Source of the DNA: a virus
Direction: 5' to 3' (one strand)
IMG/VR virus record: IMGVR_UViG_3300028384_001071
Location: 37,565 to 101,564 of that record
Length of the DNA stretch: 64,000 nt
A program made the translations under genes and the position numbers. The notes below the pieces were generated by a model that did no database searches, had not been told where the DNA came from, and was given only the letters and a program-made list of their open reading frames with translations. Below, piece after piece: positions 1 through 9,973 of this stretch (its first letter is position 1; each line of letters begins with the position of its first letter).

Positions 1-1146
1 AGCACGAACATTCCTGTCAAACTGGATCAGCACGTTCACACGTCCTTCCTGATCCGTGACGGTGAAGAGTCGAAGTCCTTCAAGAGCCTGATCGAAGAGT
101 ACCTCGGCCCTGCGATGATCGCACAGGCTCGATTCGTCGATCAAGTCGTTCTCGGCCAGTTCCCGCAGTTCTTCGCGAACAGCTACGGTGGTCTCGGAAC
201 AATCAGCGAAGATAATGCCAAGGATCGCATCTTGGGTATTCGCAACGTCATGAACCAGACCAAGGCCCACACCAGTGGTCGCAACTTGATCTGGTCGCCA
301 GACGGCGAAACGGCAGCTTTGGGTGCGGAACTGTTCATCAGTGCTGAGAAGCGTGGTGACGAAGGTACTGCACTCCGAGAAGCCAGTCTCGGCCGCCTGT
401 TAGGTATGGACCACTGGATGGCTCAGAACATGTCAGCGTACGCTGACGGTGACGTCGCTGCTTCCGGTGCGGTCAACAGCGCTAATGGCTATGCCAAAGG
501 CACTACGAGCTTCGCAATCGACGGTTTCTCAACCGCAATCGGTGCGAACTCTTGGATCAAGGTTGAAGGCGATGACACCCCTCTGCGAGTTGTCACCACA
601 GTCGGCGGTTCAACGCCAACAAGCGTGACAGTCGCTTCTCCGGGCCTCGGCAAAGCTGTGAGCGATGACGCTGTCGTCACTCACTACGGCTCTGGTGCTG
701 TGAACCTCGCTGGCGGTTACTCTGTTGGTTACGACAAGTACATTGCTTTCGATGGCTTCACCGTGACCCCTCAGGTTGGCCAGTTTGTCACATTCGGCAC
801 TTCTGCGTCGTCTGCGGTCTACACGATCGTCGATGTCGAAGGTGCAACTCTCCTGCTGGACCGTCCGCTCGAAGCGGGTCTTGCTGACGACGATGTCGTC
901 AACTTGGGTCCGGGTGGAAATTACAACTTCGCGTTCCATCGCAATGCAGTTGCTCTGGTCACTCGACCACTTGCTCAGCCTCGAACCGGTGCTGGTGCGT
1001 TGTCTGCCGTTGTGAACTACAACGGTCTGTCAATGCGTGCCGTCATCACGTACGACGGTAACAAGCAGGGTCACTTGGTGACGCTCGACATGTTGTGCGG
1101 TGTGAAGGTACTGGATACCGACTTGGGTGCAGTTCTTTACGGCTAA
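1..1146 (+). CDS. Major capsid protein, P22 coat-like (5' truncated by window edge)
   Basis: Frame is open from base 1 (STNIPVKLDQHVHTSF...EEYLGPAM). Motifs GRLLGMD, NFAFHRNAVALVTRPL and LDMLCGVKVLD resemble P22 gp5-type coat proteins. Followed by a terminator. Confidence 0.8.
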   Translation, partial: STNIPVKLDQHVHTSFLIRDGEESKSFKSLIEEYLGPAMIAQARFVDQVVLGQFPQFFANSYGGLGTISEDNAKDRILGIRNVMNQTKAHTSGRNLIWSPDGETAALGAELFISAEKRGDEGTALREASLGRLLGMDHWMAQNMSAYADGDVAASGAVNSANGYAKGTTSFAIDGFSTAIGANSWIKVEGDDTPLRVVTTVGGSTPTSVTVASPGLGKAVSDDAVVTHYGSGAVNLAGGYSVGYDKYIAFDGFTVTPQVGQFVTFGTSASSAVYTIVDVEGATLLLDRPLEAGLADDDVVNLGPGGNYNFAFHRNAVALVTRPLAQPRTGAGALSAVVNYNGLSMRAVITYDGNKQGHLVTLDMLCGVKVLDTDLGAVLYG

Positions 1147-1159
1147 GATTCGCGGCTGG

Positions 1160-1190
1160 GTGAGGCCCATTTCGGTGGGCCTCACTTTAA
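1160..1190 (+). terminator. Intrinsic terminator after capsid gene
   Basis: GTGAGGCCCAT-TTCG-GTGGGCCTCAC stem-loop followed by TTTAA. Confidence 0.75.
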
Positions 1191-1209
1191 CCCTTAGTCG
1201 GAGGACACA

Positions 1210-1479
1210 ATGGGAGATAACCATCCAAACCCCGTCACTCGGGTCATGACTCACAGTACTCCTATTACAACAGCACTGGCGATTGCTATCGCCGCCTTAT
1301 GCTTCTGGATCGGACAAGAATCTGCCACATTGAAAGCCGGTGTGTCTCAGAATTCAGTTTCGATAGAGTCAGAGACGCGTGAGTCACGTGAGTGGCGTAA
1401 GGAAGTCCAACTTATCATATCCAAGCTGACATCGTTGTCAGAAGATAACAAACGTCGATTGGATCTGTTGGAAGAGTAA
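1210..1479 (+). CDS. Small membrane protein (TM helix plus coiled coil), possibly holin-like
   Basis: GGAGGA RBS, hydrophobic segment ITTALAIAIAALCFWIG, C-terminal heptads. Confidence 0.45.
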   Translation: MGDNHPNPVTRVMTHSTPITTALAIAIAALCFWIGQESATLKAGVSQNSVSIESETRESREWRKEVQLIISKLTSLSEDNKRRLDLLEE

Positions 1480-1483
1480 CCCG

Positions 1484-1963
1484 ATGCCATCCAACCAGCT
1501 TCAGTTTATAAGACGGACGCTATACCGGCTGAAGCATCGGTATGGTGCCGAGGCGGAATTCTACGTTGAAGGTGAGCTAGTCGTCGATGAGGAAGCAGGG
1601 ACTGCTACCAAGGCGAGGGCGAAATACAAGATACGTAAAGTCATTCGATTACCTGAAGATCAAGAGAGATTTGATCCAAGGTACTTGCAATTCACGAGTC
1701 CGAACGGAACCACCTTTGATGGTTCCGTTCGGTCATTCATAGTTGACGGTAGAGATCTCTCCGGCTTTGAGCCGAACACCGCAACGTATCTGATATGCAA
1801 TGGACAGCGGTACAACATCAAGGCTGTGGAAGAGTTGGACTTCAATGCAGGGTACATGTTCGTCGGTAAGTATACCGAAGGAGCCCCACTTGAACGTATA
1901 TTGGAAGAGTCTCTCTCAAATCAGGTTAGTCTGACGCAGGGGGTGACTAATGAGTTCGATTAA
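1484..1963 (+). CDS. Putative head-tail joining/closure protein
   Basis: Position after the capsid gene; beta-rich C-terminus NGQRYNIKAVEELD is typical of head-closure proteins. Confidence 0.5.
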   Translation: MPSNQLQFIRRTLYRLKHRYGAEAEFYVEGELVVDEEAGTATKARAKYKIRKVIRLPEDQERFDPRYLQFTSPNGTTFDGSVRSFIVDGRDLSGFEPNTATYLICNGQRYNIKAVEELDFNAGYMFVGKYTEGAPLERILEESLSNQVSLTQGVTNEFD

Positions 1964-2420
1964 CGAGAATTGGGTCAGATGGTGTCACCACTCTATAGTG
2001 AAGCACTTCTACGACATTCTCAAAGATGAAGGTGAATGGTATGTTGAAGGCCGGATGCGTCCGGAGAATGAAACATACCCTCGCTATGAACTCCGTATTG
2101 ATGGACCTCACTTCAATGAAATATCAAATGCGTATTGGTACATAGACGTTGAAATCAACATCGCCATTTTGACGGTGCGTGATGACAAGGATATGTACCA
2201 ACATCAGAGATTAGTTGGTAAAGCCACTACGTGCTTTACTGATGACATACTCGTATACCAATTCGGTGAGACAGATAATCCTCTCCTTGGATGTTTCCGG
2301 GAGATGACAACGAGCAAGTTCGGTGAGAAGATTGTAGTGACAAACTATGGCGTCATCGGTGCCACAAGAATCACAGCTTCAACAGCCGAGGGTCACTACC
2401 GCATGTGTCTAAAAGGGTGA
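1950..2420 (+). CDS. Putative tail terminator/completion protein
   Basis: Size and position immediately before the tail tube gene. Confidence 0.45.
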   Translation: MSSINENWVRWCHHSIVKHFYDILKDEGEWYVEGRMRPENETYPRYELRIDGPHFNEISNAYWYIDVEINIAILTVRDDKDMYQHQRLVGKATTCFTDDILVYQFGETDNPLLGCFREMTTSKFGEKIVVTNYGVIGATRITASTAEGHYRMCLKG

Positions 2421-2426
2421 TCGACA

Positions 2427-2912
2427 ATGGCACAAATTGATTTCAAGAAAGCTACCGTCAAAATCAAAGACGGTACTACTCCGACGCCGAATGAACTTAC
2501 AGTAGTCATTGGTGAAGGAAACCTGACTTACACTGAGCGAGTCAATCGTGAATACACTCTCGACCGAGGTGTCATCTACGGTGTCCGTGACGGTGATGAA
2601 GAGCCGATGGATGTCTCTCTCGAATTCCTCTGGGAATTCCTGACTGCTTCCACGGGTGAAACTCCAACGATTGAAGACGCCTTTAAGAATCGAGGCGAAG
2701 CAAGCGCTTGGGTGACGAGCGGGGACGACCCGTGTGAGCCGTTCGCCGTGGACATTGAAGTGGTTTACACTCCAGACTGTCCCGGCGTCGAGAATGAGAC
2801 AATTGTCTTGCCGGAATTCCGATACGAAGAGTTGGAGCATGACTTCGATGCCGGTTCGGTCTCTGTCTCCGGTAAGTGTAACGCCAAAGAAGCAACTGTC
2901 AGCCGGGCGTAA
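2427..2912 (+). CDS. Major tail tube protein
   Basis: Acidic beta-rich 161 aa ORF upstream of chaperone and tape measure genes. Confidence 0.6.
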   Translation: MAQIDFKKATVKIKDGTTPTPNELTVVIGEGNLTYTERVNREYTLDRGVIYGVRDGDEEPMDVSLEFLWEFLTASTGETPTIEDAFKNRGEASAWVTSGDDPCEPFAVDIEVVYTPDCPGVENETIVLPEFRYEELEHDFDAGSVSVSGKCNAKEATVSRA

Positions 2913-2918
2913 TTCGCG

Positions 2919-3409
2919 ATGGCAGCAATCTCTTCAGTTAATGTTGTCGCACGCCTCACGGCTACCACAACGAAACCTGTCGCAGACGGATCATCTGTAG
3001 TACTGGGATACACGCAGGGCATCTACAAAGGTGCCCTGACGATGCTGATCTCTTCTACAATGATCGTCTGACAATTACGAACGGTGGTGCAACCGACCTC
3101 GACCTCTCAGGCACGCTTGAGAATCAGCTTGGCGAAGTTCAAACCTTCGTCACATTGTTCGGGATCTATGTGTACAATCGATCGACAACTGCGCCTGACG
3201 TTCTTCACGTCGGCGGAGACGCCAATGCTGTACCCCTGTTCGGTGCGGTGGCAGACTACCAGATCGTCGGGCCGGGTGGAGTTCTTCTCCTCGTGAACCC
3301 AACGGATGGCTGGGCTGTCACTGCCACAACAGGCGACATCATTGAAATCGCGAATCCAGGCGGAAATGACATCGACTGTGATGTCGCCCTGCTGGGCCGC
3401 TCAACGTAA
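2919..3409 (+). pseudogene. Virion structural gene split by a -1 frameshift (real lesion or assembly error)
   Basis: The ATG-2919 frame (MAAISSVNVVARLTA...) stops near 3070. A protein-like continuation (DADLFYNDRLTITNGGATDLDLSG...LLGRST) is in the -1 frame with no start codon for its 5' part. Confidence 0.6.
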
Positions 3410-3416
3410 TCTGAAC

Positions 3417-3450
3417 GCACGGCACCTCACTTGAGGTGTCGTGCATATTT
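3417..3450 (+). terminator. Hairpin, possible terminator
   Basis: GCACGGCACCTC-ACTT-GAGGTGTCGTGC followed by ATATTT. Confidence 0.5.
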
Positions 3451-3467
3451 CCCATCGGAGACTTATC

Positions 3468-3944
3468 ATGAAATTCGGCGGACGCGAAGTCAAACCCAAT
3501 ATCGTACTCGTTCCTATTCCACGCGACAACGACGACGATTTCATCTTCCAGTTGAAAGCAGTTCCTGACCTTGAGAAGTTCATCGAACTGTGCCCTGAAC
3601 CAAAGCCACCGAAGAAGACCTTCCCAGGTGGCCGGACGGCAGTGGATCGTGAAGATCCAGAGTTCACCAAGAAGCTCGAAGAACACGCAGAATACCGATT
3701 CCATTACATGGCCATCGAATCCCTCAAGGCAACAGAAGCCTTGGAGTGGGATACTGTCGACCATCTGAATCCTGAAACATGGTCCAATTGGATCGATGAG
3801 ATGAAGGAAGCTGGCTTCACTGAGGTGGAAGTCAACAGAGTGGTCAATGGAGTGATGGATGTAAACTGCCTAAATGAAGAGCGAGTCGAGGAGGCAAGGG
3901 CTCGTTTTTTAGCTGGACAACAGGCAGACCCAGAAAGCGAATAA
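3468..3944 (+). CDS. Tail assembly chaperone (gpG-like)
   Basis: GGAG RBS with ATG 3468; lies between tail tube and tape measure; in-frame slippery heptamer near its end. Confidence 0.75.
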   Translation: MKFGGREVKPNIVLVPIPRDNDDDFIFQLKAVPDLEKFIELCPEPKPPKKTFPGGRTAVDREDPEFTKKLEEHAEYRFHYMAIESLKATEALEWDTVDHLNPETWSNWIDEMKEAGFTEVEVNRVVNGVMDVNCLNEERVEEARARFLAGQQADPESE

Positions 3945-4150
3945 CTCCGAAAGGCCGGACACAGCTCTACACTCTTTGGCGAGCCTGTGAACGACTGAAC
4001 ATCCGACCGCCCGGTGTTAAGCCCAATCTCGATGATTGTAGCTTCGAGACTTTGACAAATATCATAGCCTTTCATCAAATCCGTGAATTGGAAGAAGCGG
4101 ATGAGTTTGAGGCTATGGTCAAAGCATCAGCCGGAGGTAAGTTGAAATGA
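3905..4150 (+). CDS. -1 frameshift extension of the tail chaperone (gpGT-like)
   Basis: T TTT TTA at 3905-3911 is in frame. The -1 frame stays open to TGA 4148-4150, which overlaps the next ATG (ATGA). Confidence 0.8.
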   Translation, partial: FFSWTTGRPRKRITPKGRTQLYTLWRACERLNIRPPGVKPNLDDCSFETLTNIIAFHQIRELEEADEFEAMVKASAGGKLK

Positions 4151-4845
4151 GTTTCGTCAGTATGCAAGCTGACCTGTTGAAGATTAAGGAAGACGTGGCC
4201 ATCAAGTTGATAAGAGCAGCGGTGCGGCAGCAAATGCGTGTTGCCGCCCGTGCTTTTATCAGAGCAGCATTTCCTAGAGTGCCGGTTGATACCGGTATGT
4301 CTCGGGGTGCTTTCCTTGGGGTAGCTAAAGCCTTGAGAGTCAAGGTGCCGATCGCCCCGAGAAGATTCCGAACAGTAACGATTGACGGTAAGAACTACAA
4401 GCTCGATAATACCAAGCAACGGTATAAGAACGGGCAAATCAAGTCTCCCGATTTAGGTACGAGACTAACTGATGTGAACAGTGTTCCGAGTAAGGGAATA
4501 TCACAAGGCGGTGTGATACTTACACGTGGTAGCAAGTTCACCTTTAGATTGAATGTGAACATCTTGCAATATGACATACATGATGCTGGTACTTGGAGGG
4601 CATTAGAAGCAGGCCGTGCCGCCTTCACTCAGCATATGTTGACAGTTGCATCGACCCGACTTCCTACAATTGACAAGTACCTTGTCAAGAGTACGTTGAA
4701 AGTGAACGGTCAAACTATTACAAAATCGAAGGAACAATTCCTACGACGACGCATACCTAACTTGAGAGACAGAGAACGCTCTGCTTTCGAGTTGGGACTG
4801 ACAAGCGGTGAAGGTCTCGGTGATCTTCCAGTTGATCAAATCTGA
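4147..4845 (+). CDS. HK97 gp10-like neck/tail-completion protein
   Basis: Basic protein with RVPVDTG motif. Confidence 0.55.
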   Translation: MSFVSMQADLLKIKEDVAIKLIRAAVRQQMRVAARAFIRAAFPRVPVDTGMSRGAFLGVAKALRVKVPIAPRRFRTVTIDGKNYKLDNTKQRYKNGQIKSPDLGTRLTDVNSVPSKGISQGGVILTRGSKFTFRLNVNILQYDIHDAGTWRALEAGRAAFTQHMLTVASTRLPTIDKYLVKSTLKVNGQTITKSKEQFLRRRIPNLRDRERSAFELGLTSGEGLGDLPVDQI

Positions 4846-4853
4846 GGTGACCC

Positions 4854-7800
4854 ATGACACAGAATGTGCAATTTGGAGGTAACACCGCAGGCTTGGAATC
4901 CGCATTGAAGCGGGTGAATAAGTTCTTCGATGCGACTAACAACAAGATCAAATCTGTTAGTCGAGCATCGGTATCACTTAACAAGCGTGGCGGCGAACTC
5001 CGAACAACAATCAGTGGATTGACAGTCGATGGTCAACGATTCACTGCGACACTTGACCGTGTCAAGACCAAAACCGGGAAGCTGACGAAGGATTGGAAGG
5101 TGATGAGAGTCGCCACCGACTCCGCCGCTGAAGGTCAGAAGCGTCTTCAAAAGGAATTGAAACGAACATCGGCTGAGGCAGCTAAAGTCAGTGCCCAGCA
5201 AGCAAAGATCAATAACAGGAAGGAAGCATCAAGATTCCTGAGAAGTAACATCACAGGTAACAGGCAATTGTTCCCTGATGGTTTTGGCTCAGGTACTACC
5301 GATGCTCAAAGGGCTAATGTCCAAGCTGCGATTGCAGCCACTGGTCGACTTATCGAACGTGGCGAGTTCACTCGGCAGCAGTTCGCACGGGTCGGCAACG
5401 ACATCCGGAATAACTTGAACGCAGCGTTCACAGGTCCGGAGGCTAAGGCGGCAGCAGCCTTCCGTCGAATTGACGCAGCGATGCGGAACACTGGGACCAC
5501 GGCTCAAGAGGCCGCGAAGAAGGTGATCTTGACATGGACTGGTGTAATTAGGCTGTTTGCAGTTCAAGCCTTGCACTTGGTTATCGGACGGATAATAAGC
5601 AGCTTCCGGGAAATGGTCACAACAACCGTTGACCTTTCGAAACGGATTGCGGAGATAGGGACGATCTCGCGTAACGCAAACGCAGGATTCGGGGAATGGT
5701 CAAGTGTGTTGAAGGAAGTATCCAATAACTTTGGATTGGATCTTCTAGATGTGGCCGAGGGTGCATATCAAGCACTGTCAAACCAAGTAGCGAATGCCGC
5801 AACTGTTCAAGGCTTCTTAAACGAAGCCGCGTCATTCGGTCGAATTACAAACTCTAGTTTGACAGACTCTGTAAACCTTCTGTCGTCAGCAGTCAATGCT
5901 TATTCGTCACAAGGATTGTCAGCCGCCCGAGCATCAGAAGTCTTCTTCAAGACTATTGAACTTGGCCGTGTTCGTGCATCTGAACTAGCCAACACGTTAG
6001 GTACATTACTGCCGCTTACTTCACAGTTAGGTGTGTCGGTTGAAGAAGCCGCAGCAAGTGTTGCGACTCTGACCATTCAAGGTATCAGATCTGACACAGC
6101 GTTGACACTCATGCGTAATGTCATGCTTGGCCTTATTAAGCCAACCGACAGCATGAAGCAGTTGATGGAAGAATGGGGTGTTAGCACTGGTGAAGCGGCG
6201 ATCGCTACATTCGGATTGTCCGGAGTTCTTGAGCGATTGAACCAAGAAGCCCTTAGCGGTGGGATTACTCGTATCGGTGAACTAGCGGGCCGTCTGCGAA
6301 ACATTCAAGGTGTCATCGGTACTACCGGTAACGCCTTTGGTAAATTCAACGACAACCTTCGTGAAATTCAAGAAAATGCAGCCTCGTCATTCGACATTGC
6401 AGATCGCATAGCATCGAACTCACTGGGCAATCGACTGTCGGTACAGTTCCGGGAATTCCAGAACTTCTTCCGGACAGAACTAGGCCCTGCACTTTCGAGA
6501 AGTATCGCAGACCTTGTTGATAGGTTCGGAGGTGTTGATACAATCTTGAAGAATCTGATCGGACCATTCCAATCATTCTTCAATATCATGTCATCATTCA
6601 CCGAAGTGATCACAGCAGTCATAACTCCCATCGCGGATATGGCAAGTAGTTTAGGATTAGTCTCAGCCGGTGGAAGCCTACTCGGACCAATCTTAGCGGC
6701 ACTGACTGTTCGATGGGTTACAATGCGTGCCCAAGTCGTGGCATCGTCTGCTGCGACATTGTTAGCAGCGGCAGCTAAAGGTAAGCTCGGAGTATCTGCC
6801 CGTAGACTCGGTGCAATAATCCGATTGAATCGAATCCGGTTCAAGAATCTAACAGCATCTATAAGAGCCAACGCTCAAGCGGCAACTCTTCTGAATGCTG
6901 GTAGTAGAGCTTTGAGTGTCACAACTAGACTACTCGGATCTGCCTATCAGAGGGTGACAGCCTTCTTAATCCAGAACCGGATAGCTCAAGGCGTCTCGAA
7001 TTTCACTACTAAGATTGCAACCACAACTCAGAGTTTGTTCAGAACTGCCCTTCTTGCGACGACATTTCAATTAGGCATTTTCCGAGCAGCGTTACTTCAA
7101 ACAAACATCGGCACGAAGCTGGTAAACGTATCCTTGAACATCGCAGCAATTGGTACGAGGTTGTTTGGTTCGAGTTCAGCGATCGCAGCCGGTGGGGTGT
7201 TAGCTCTGACAGTTGCTACACGAGCGTTGGCTATCGCAGTCAATTCGGCATTCTTCTTCCTACCATTACTGATTGGATTCTTCATTGAAGCCGGTCAAGC
7301 GGCGGAAATGGAGTTTGCTAATAAGCTCGATGTCGCAGTCGAAGAGTCTCGAAGGTTAGGTCAGGAATCCTTAAAGGAACTGAACAAGAGTCTCGATGAG
7401 AACAAAGTAGCCTTCACGGATGTGGCAGATGCAATATCTGGTAAGTATCTGAAGGCCATCGCTGAGGTCCGTCGAGAAGCATTGAAGCTGTCAGGTGAAG
7501 AACTTAACGGAGCCTTTGATGGTTCTCTGGGTTCTATCAATCCTGATGATCTTGCTCAAGAACTAGGATTCGACAACAAGACAGCCAAGGATGCGGCTAA
7601 GGAAGCTGTTAAGTCGATCGAAGATAGCCGCTCGAAAGTCGAGAAGCTATTGTCGTCTATCACCGAGCTGCAAGAAGGAATTGCAGATCGTGCGTTGACG
7701 ACGACCGCTGATAGTATCAAAGCAGCATCTGGTAATCTTGAAGAAGTCGCCTTCTTGCAAGGCGAGCTTGAGAAGCTACTGACTCGTTCAGATACCTTCT

Positions 7801-9431
7801 TCGCATCAGGCGACCTTGACTCTGCAGAGCGAACCCTTGACAGGGCTGCTCGTTTGGCAGATCGAATCGATAAGGTCGATGCGACGATCGGGACTGAAGG
7901 TCTTGAAAGCGACCTCAAGAGTCTGAATGAAGCCATCAAGGTCACTGCTAAGCTGATTGAAGATGCTGACAAGCTCCTCAATGTTGAGCAGAAGTTCACG
8001 ATCCCTGAGCTATCAGTTAAGATTCGTGGTACTGATGATCTGAAGGAAGCAATCAATCTGTTCGGGAAGTTCACCGATCAGGTCGAGAAAGCAATGAAGA
8101 CTGTTGACGATCTCATTAAGAGTACACGTCAGCAAGTCATCGAGTTCGATCGACTAGGTGATGCGGAAGACCCGTTTAAGCTTGAGCAGGATGCTATCGA
8201 GCTATTCAATCTTGGTAACATCGATCAAGCCAAGACACTGTTTCAACAAGTTGACAAGCTCATCAATGGTATCGTTAAGAATGAACGTAAGGTCATCCGT
8301 TCAGCGGAAGCCCTTGGTGTCCGATTCCGTTCAGGTATCCTGAATAGATTCCGTAACGTATTCTCAGATCGACTTAACACTCTGAATCAGGGTCAAGGTC
8401 GTCTACAGGGTATACGGGGTCAGACAACAGGTGCCTTCCGAGGCTTGGTTGATCGTAACCGATCTAACCTAGAATCGAATCGAACGCGAGCCACTGACCT
8501 AGCCCGTCAGATTGCAGCGAACCCGAATGCGGCATCATCAGATGCAAGGGATCGTGTCGATCAAGCTCGTATCCGTTTACTACAGTCGGAAGTCGATAAT
8601 CAGAAGAAACAGCAAGAACGTCAAGCTGAACTGTCTCGATCATTCCAAGCAATTGCGAATAGTCAAGACGAGATTGTACGTAAGACTAAGGAAGCCAACG
8701 AAGCGCAGGCGGCTTACAACAAGAGAATCCAACAGACTGCCGAGAATTACGAACTAGCTCGAACCAACCTTAACAAGTTGGTAACCGACGGTGGTCGTCT
8801 TCAATTCGGTAAGGGATTCTTCGGCTTCGGATCGACAGACCTGACAGGTATTGAAGCTGCATCTCAACAAGCCGCAAGTGCGGCAGGTGCATTGTTTAGT
8901 GATCAAAGCGTTCCTGCTTTGAACCGCTACACTCAGTCTCTTAACAGGCTTGTGTCAGAGATTGAGAAGTCTCTTCTGATTGAGGAAGGTCTTAACCCTG
9001 ATGGTAATCGGGCGGAACTGCTAAAGCAGATCCCATCGATTAGCGTTGGAGGGCAACCTCAATCAGCGTCGTTGTTCATTAAGGACTTCCGAGATTCGAT
9101 TCGAGAGTTCGACAAGAACTTCCGAGCGAACTTCTCAAGTAGCCGAGGCGGTGTGCGTCCCGATGGGCCTGCTGCGTTGGAACGTGCAGTTCGAGATGAA
9201 CTGAAGAAGGCAAACCAGTCATTGGATGTCATTCGAAATCGTGGAACTTTCACACCTCAGATCCGATCAGGTTCTAGTGGTATTGGGCCTCAAAGTAATG
9301 CCGGTGCAATCACTGTCGGTGATATTGTTCTGAACATTGACGGGGCTGACGCTAGTGAAGGTGAAATGTACGAACGAATTACCCGTAGATTACGACGCGA
9401 TGTTCTTCGCGGAAATGTGAGGTTAGGATGA
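4854..9431 (+). CDS. Tape measure protein (TP901-type core)
   Basis: 1525 aa, Ala-rich and helical; DVAEGAYQALS and EAAASVATLTIQG core motifs; central hydrophobic segments; follows the chaperone gene. Confidence 0.9.
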   Translation: MTQNVQFGGNTAGLESALKRVNKFFDATNNKIKSVSRASVSLNKRGGELRTTISGLTVDGQRFTATLDRVKTKTGKLTKDWKVMRVATDSAAEGQKRLQKELKRTSAEAAKVSAQQAKINNRKEASRFLRSNITGNRQLFPDGFGSGTTDAQRANVQAAIAATGRLIERGEFTRQQFARVGNDIRNNLNAAFTGPEAKAAAAFRRIDAAMRNTGTTAQEAAKKVILTWTGVIRLFAVQALHLVIGRIISSFREMVTTTVDLSKRIAEIGTISRNANAGFGEWSSVLKEVSNNFGLDLLDVAEGAYQALSNQVANAATVQGFLNEAASFGRITNSSLTDSVNLLSSAVNAYSSQGLSAARASEVFFKTIELGRVRASELANTLGTLLPLTSQLGVSVEEAAASVATLTIQGIRSDTALTLMRNVMLGLIKPTDSMKQLMEEWGVSTGEAAIATFGLSGVLERLNQEALSGGITRIGELAGRLRNIQGVIGTTGNAFGKFNDNLREIQENAASSFDIADRIASNSLGNRLSVQFREFQNFFRTELGPALSRSIADLVDRFGGVDTILKNLIGPFQSFFNIMSSFTEVITAVITPIADMASSLGLVSAGGSLLGPILAALTVRWVTMRAQVVASSAATLLAAAAKGKLGVSARRLGAIIRLNRIRFKNLTASIRANAQAATLLNAGSRALSVTTRLLGSAYQRVTAFLIQNRIAQGVSNFTTKIATTTQSLFRTALLATTFQLGIFRAALLQTNIGTKLVNVSLNIAAIGTRLFGSSSAIAAGGVLALTVATRALAIAVNSAFFFLPLLIGFFIEAGQAAEMEFANKLDVAVEESRRLGQESLKELNKSLDENKVAFTDVADAISGKYLKAIAEVRREALKLSGEELNGAFDGSLGSINPDDLAQELGFDNKTAKDAAKEAVKSIEDSRSKVEKLLSSITELQEGIADRALTTTADSIKAASGNLEEVAFLQGELEKLLTRSDTFFASGDLDSAERTLDRAARLADRIDKVDATIGTEGLESDLKSLNEAIKVTAKLIEDADKLLNVEQKFTIPELSVKIRGTDDLKEAINLFGKFTDQVEKAMKTVDDLIKSTRQQVIEFDRLGDAEDPFKLEQDAIELFNLGNIDQAKTLFQQVDKLINGIVKNERKVIRSAEALGVRFRSGILNRFRNVFSDRLNTLNQGQGRLQGIRGQTTGAFRGLVDRNRSNLESNRTRATDLARQIAANPNAASSDARDRVDQARIRLLQSEVDNQKKQQERQAELSRSFQAIANSQDEIVRKTKEANEAQAAYNKRIQQTAENYELARTNLNKLVTDGGRLQFGKGFFGFGSTDLTGIEAASQQAASAAGALFSDQSVPALNRYTQSLNRLVSEIEKSLLIEEGLNPDGNRAELLKQIPSISVGGQPQSASLFIKDFRDSIREFDKNFRANFSSSRGGVRPDGPAALERAVRDELKKANQSLDVIRNRGTFTPQIRSGSSGIGPQSNAGAITVGDIVLNIDGADASEGEMYERITRRLRRDVLRGNVRLG

Positions 9432-9973
9432 ACGAACTGAATGTTCAACAGAAAGTAGGCGTCCAAGTCCTACGGCGTCGGCCGTTGGTGGATGTCTTTC
9501 AACCGAAAGGTCTATTCAGCGTAGATCACATGCGTGCGGGCGAATTGCTTGCTCGATATGAATTCCCAAACGGTGTAACAACTGTCGGGAAGAATCATGC
9601 TCTCGATGTCGTATTCGGTGGAACCACTCAGGTTTCTGAATGGTACATTGGAATGATCAATGGCTCAGGGTTCACCTCAGTGTCTGCGACAGATACGATG
9701 TCGAGTCATGCGGGCTGGACCGAGTTCACGTCTTACAGTAACGCGACAAGGCTAGCATGGACTGATTCCCCTACTTCCAGTGGATCAAAGACAAGTGCAT
9801 CAACAGCAGACTTCACGTACAATGCCACAGGTACTCTGAAGGGTATCTTCATCGCAAGTGATAACACTAAGGGTGGCACAACTGGCACCCTGTGGGCGAC
9901 AGCATTGTTCTCAAGCGATATTGGAGTTGTCAACACTGACATCTTGAAGATCACCTACACGGTGGCTGCTTGA
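9428..9973 (+). CDS. Minor tail/virion protein
   Basis: NGVTTVGKNHALDVVF...WYIGMIN...DTMSSHAGWTE; paralog of the next gene. Confidence 0.6.
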   Translation: MNELNVQQKVGVQVLRRRPLVDVFQPKGLFSVDHMRAGELLARYEFPNGVTTVGKNHALDVVFGGTTQVSEWYIGMINGSGFTSVSATDTMSSHAGWTEFTSYSNATRLAWTDSPTSSGSKTSASTADFTYNATGTLKGIFIASDNTKGGTTGTLWATALFSSDIGVVNTDILKITYTVAA

